The translations under genes were made by a program, and so were the position numbers. The notes below the pieces were generated by a model. The model made no database searches. It had not been told where the DNA came from and was given only the letters and a program-made list of their open reading frames with translations. Shown piece by piece: positions 29,809 through 30,848 of a stretch of 30,848 nt of DNA. Each line of letters starts with the position of its first letter. The first letter of the stretch is position 1. The stretch spans positions 1 to 30,848 of the forward strand of contig JAWBDT010000015.1 in the NCBI GenBank assembly GCA_038821645.1. Direction: 5' to 3'. The DNA comes from Ignisphaera sp. (GTDB lineage Archaea; Thermoproteota; Thermoprotei_A; Sulfolobales; Ignisphaeraceae).

Positions 29809-30300
29809 CACTTGATACATAGTAAAAACTAGGAAGAAATAGTTTCCTTTAAATAAACTATAGAAGTCGCAGAAATAGTAGCTATAAGTCTAACTTCTTT
29901 AATACTGAGATAAAGCTTCTTAGTTACCAATAACTTAGTGTGTAGCTCTATTATGTTTAATACTCATTGTCTATGTAATTCCTTTGCGGTTATATAAAGA
30001 AGACGAAATAATATATGTCTCATGGTAGATTAGCTTCTAAGTCTTTAACCATTAGCTTCATAACAGGTCTTGAGATAATTGATTTAACTACTTAATATAA
30101 TAAGTTTTATGAAGATTTTTCTATACATATACTTTTTCTTTGATATTGATATCGGTAGACCATGAGTATGTATATCATGCTCTATAACTAGTGCAGTATA
30201 CAAGGATTAGATGATCTAATGTTAAATATATTAAGGATTTAGGTTCTTCTGTAAATTTATACAAATCTATGTTTAGAGTTCTTTAATTCAAATACAACAA

Positions 30301-30325
30301 TAATTGTGCTACAATAGCACAATTA
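30301..30325. repeat. Perfect 11-bp inverted repeat with 3-nt spacer
   Basis: TAATTGTGCTA-CAA-TAGCACAATTA. Confidence 0.85.
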
Positions 30326-30540
30326 CTGTACTAAAGATTTGGTGTAGAAATTTTAAAATCCTTGGATGTTTTACTAGCGTAGGTTTAATGTGATTTATTG
30401 ACTACTAAGTATTCTAATAGCATAAGTTCAACAAATACATAATAAATAGCGTAACATTTATAAATAACCTGAAATAACTATTTATGTACTTGTGTATTGC
30501 TTTATAATCCCGCTGTACATATATAGTGGATGGGTGTAGC

Positions 30541-30848
30541 ATGTCTACTAGATTAAAGAAGGAATTCCTAAGGCTACTAAAAGAAGATGAAGAATTCAGG
30601 TATACCGTAATAGGCTACTTAGGGTTAGCAGAACTACTTAAGAATATTGAGAAATTGTGGGAGAATCAGAATAGGCTTTGGGAAGAAGTTAAGGCTTTGA
30701 GGGAGGAGGTTTCTAAGCTTTGGGAGAATCAGAATAGGCTTTGGGAAGAAGTTAAGGCTTTGAGGGAGGAGGTTTCTAAGCTTTGGGAGAATCAGAATAG
30801 GCTTTGGGAAGAAGTTAAGGCTTTGAGGGAGGAGGTTTCTAAGCTTTG
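30541..30848 (+). CDS. Coiled-coil repeat protein, DUF3782/paREP15-like family (runs off window end)
   Basis: MSTRLKKEFLRLLKEDEEFRYTVIGYLGL followed by heptads; TTTATAA at 30501. Absent from the ORF track because it has no stop in the window. Confidence 0.8.
   Translation, partial: MSTRLKKEFLRLLKEDEEFRYTVIGYLGLAELLKNIEKLWENQNRLWEEVKALREEVSKLWENQNRLWEEVKALREEVSKLWENQNRLWEEVKALREEVSKL
30658..30846 (+). repeat. Three exact 63-bp tandem repeats (WENQNRLWEEVKALREEVSKL)
   Basis: Units 30658-30720, 30721-30783 and 30784-30846 are identical, and a fourth begins at the window end. Confidence 0.97.

Noticed and set aside
29823-30540. Replication origin in the AT-rich palindromic spacer
   Set aside because: No ORB-like TTCCAGTGGAAA repeats and no cdc6/orc1 or whiP gene nearby.
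30658-30848. CRISPR array interpretation of the terminal repeats
   Set aside because: The units are contiguous, identical, in-frame coding repeats with no unique spacers.

Overview
AT-rich archaeal chromosome segment with GC-rich tRNAs. The unsplit rpoB, the str operon without EF-2, the GEFEAG insert in EF-1alpha and the GGTGA Shine-Dalgarno (SD) motifs point to a thermophilic crenarchaeon (Desulfurococcales, Ignisphaera-like; this assignment is inference). Bases 1-12.2 kb are core: tRNA-Thr and tRNA-Lys on the minus strand, then rpoH-rpoB-rpoA1-rpoA2-rpl30e-nusA-rps12-rps7-tuf-rps10-tRNA-Ser. Bases 12.2-30.8 kb are a mosaic: an orphan DppD/DppF ABC ATPase pair, membrane proteins, a frameshifted Thr-rich surface-protein gene, CcdA-like and DUF3786-like genes, tRNA-Pro, an intron-containing tRNA-Met, a box C/D guide sRNA, a C2H2 zinc-finger gene, thiI, two GT-C-type membrane glycosyltransferase candidates flanking a TFS/RpoM paralogue lacking the catalytic DE motif, a CPA2 antiporter, paired cdd/udp pseudogenes and a truncated coiled-coil gene with exact 63-bp repeats. 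The most notable observations are two genes that seem to need non-canonical starts (ATC for rpl30e, ACG for the zinc-finger gene), the atypical TFS paralogue, an about 15-aa EF-1alpha insertion at the opisthokont indel site, and the C/D sRNA missed by the ORF track. No CRISPR array, integrase or transposase was seen, and I cannot support a complete new multi-gene system from sequence alone.
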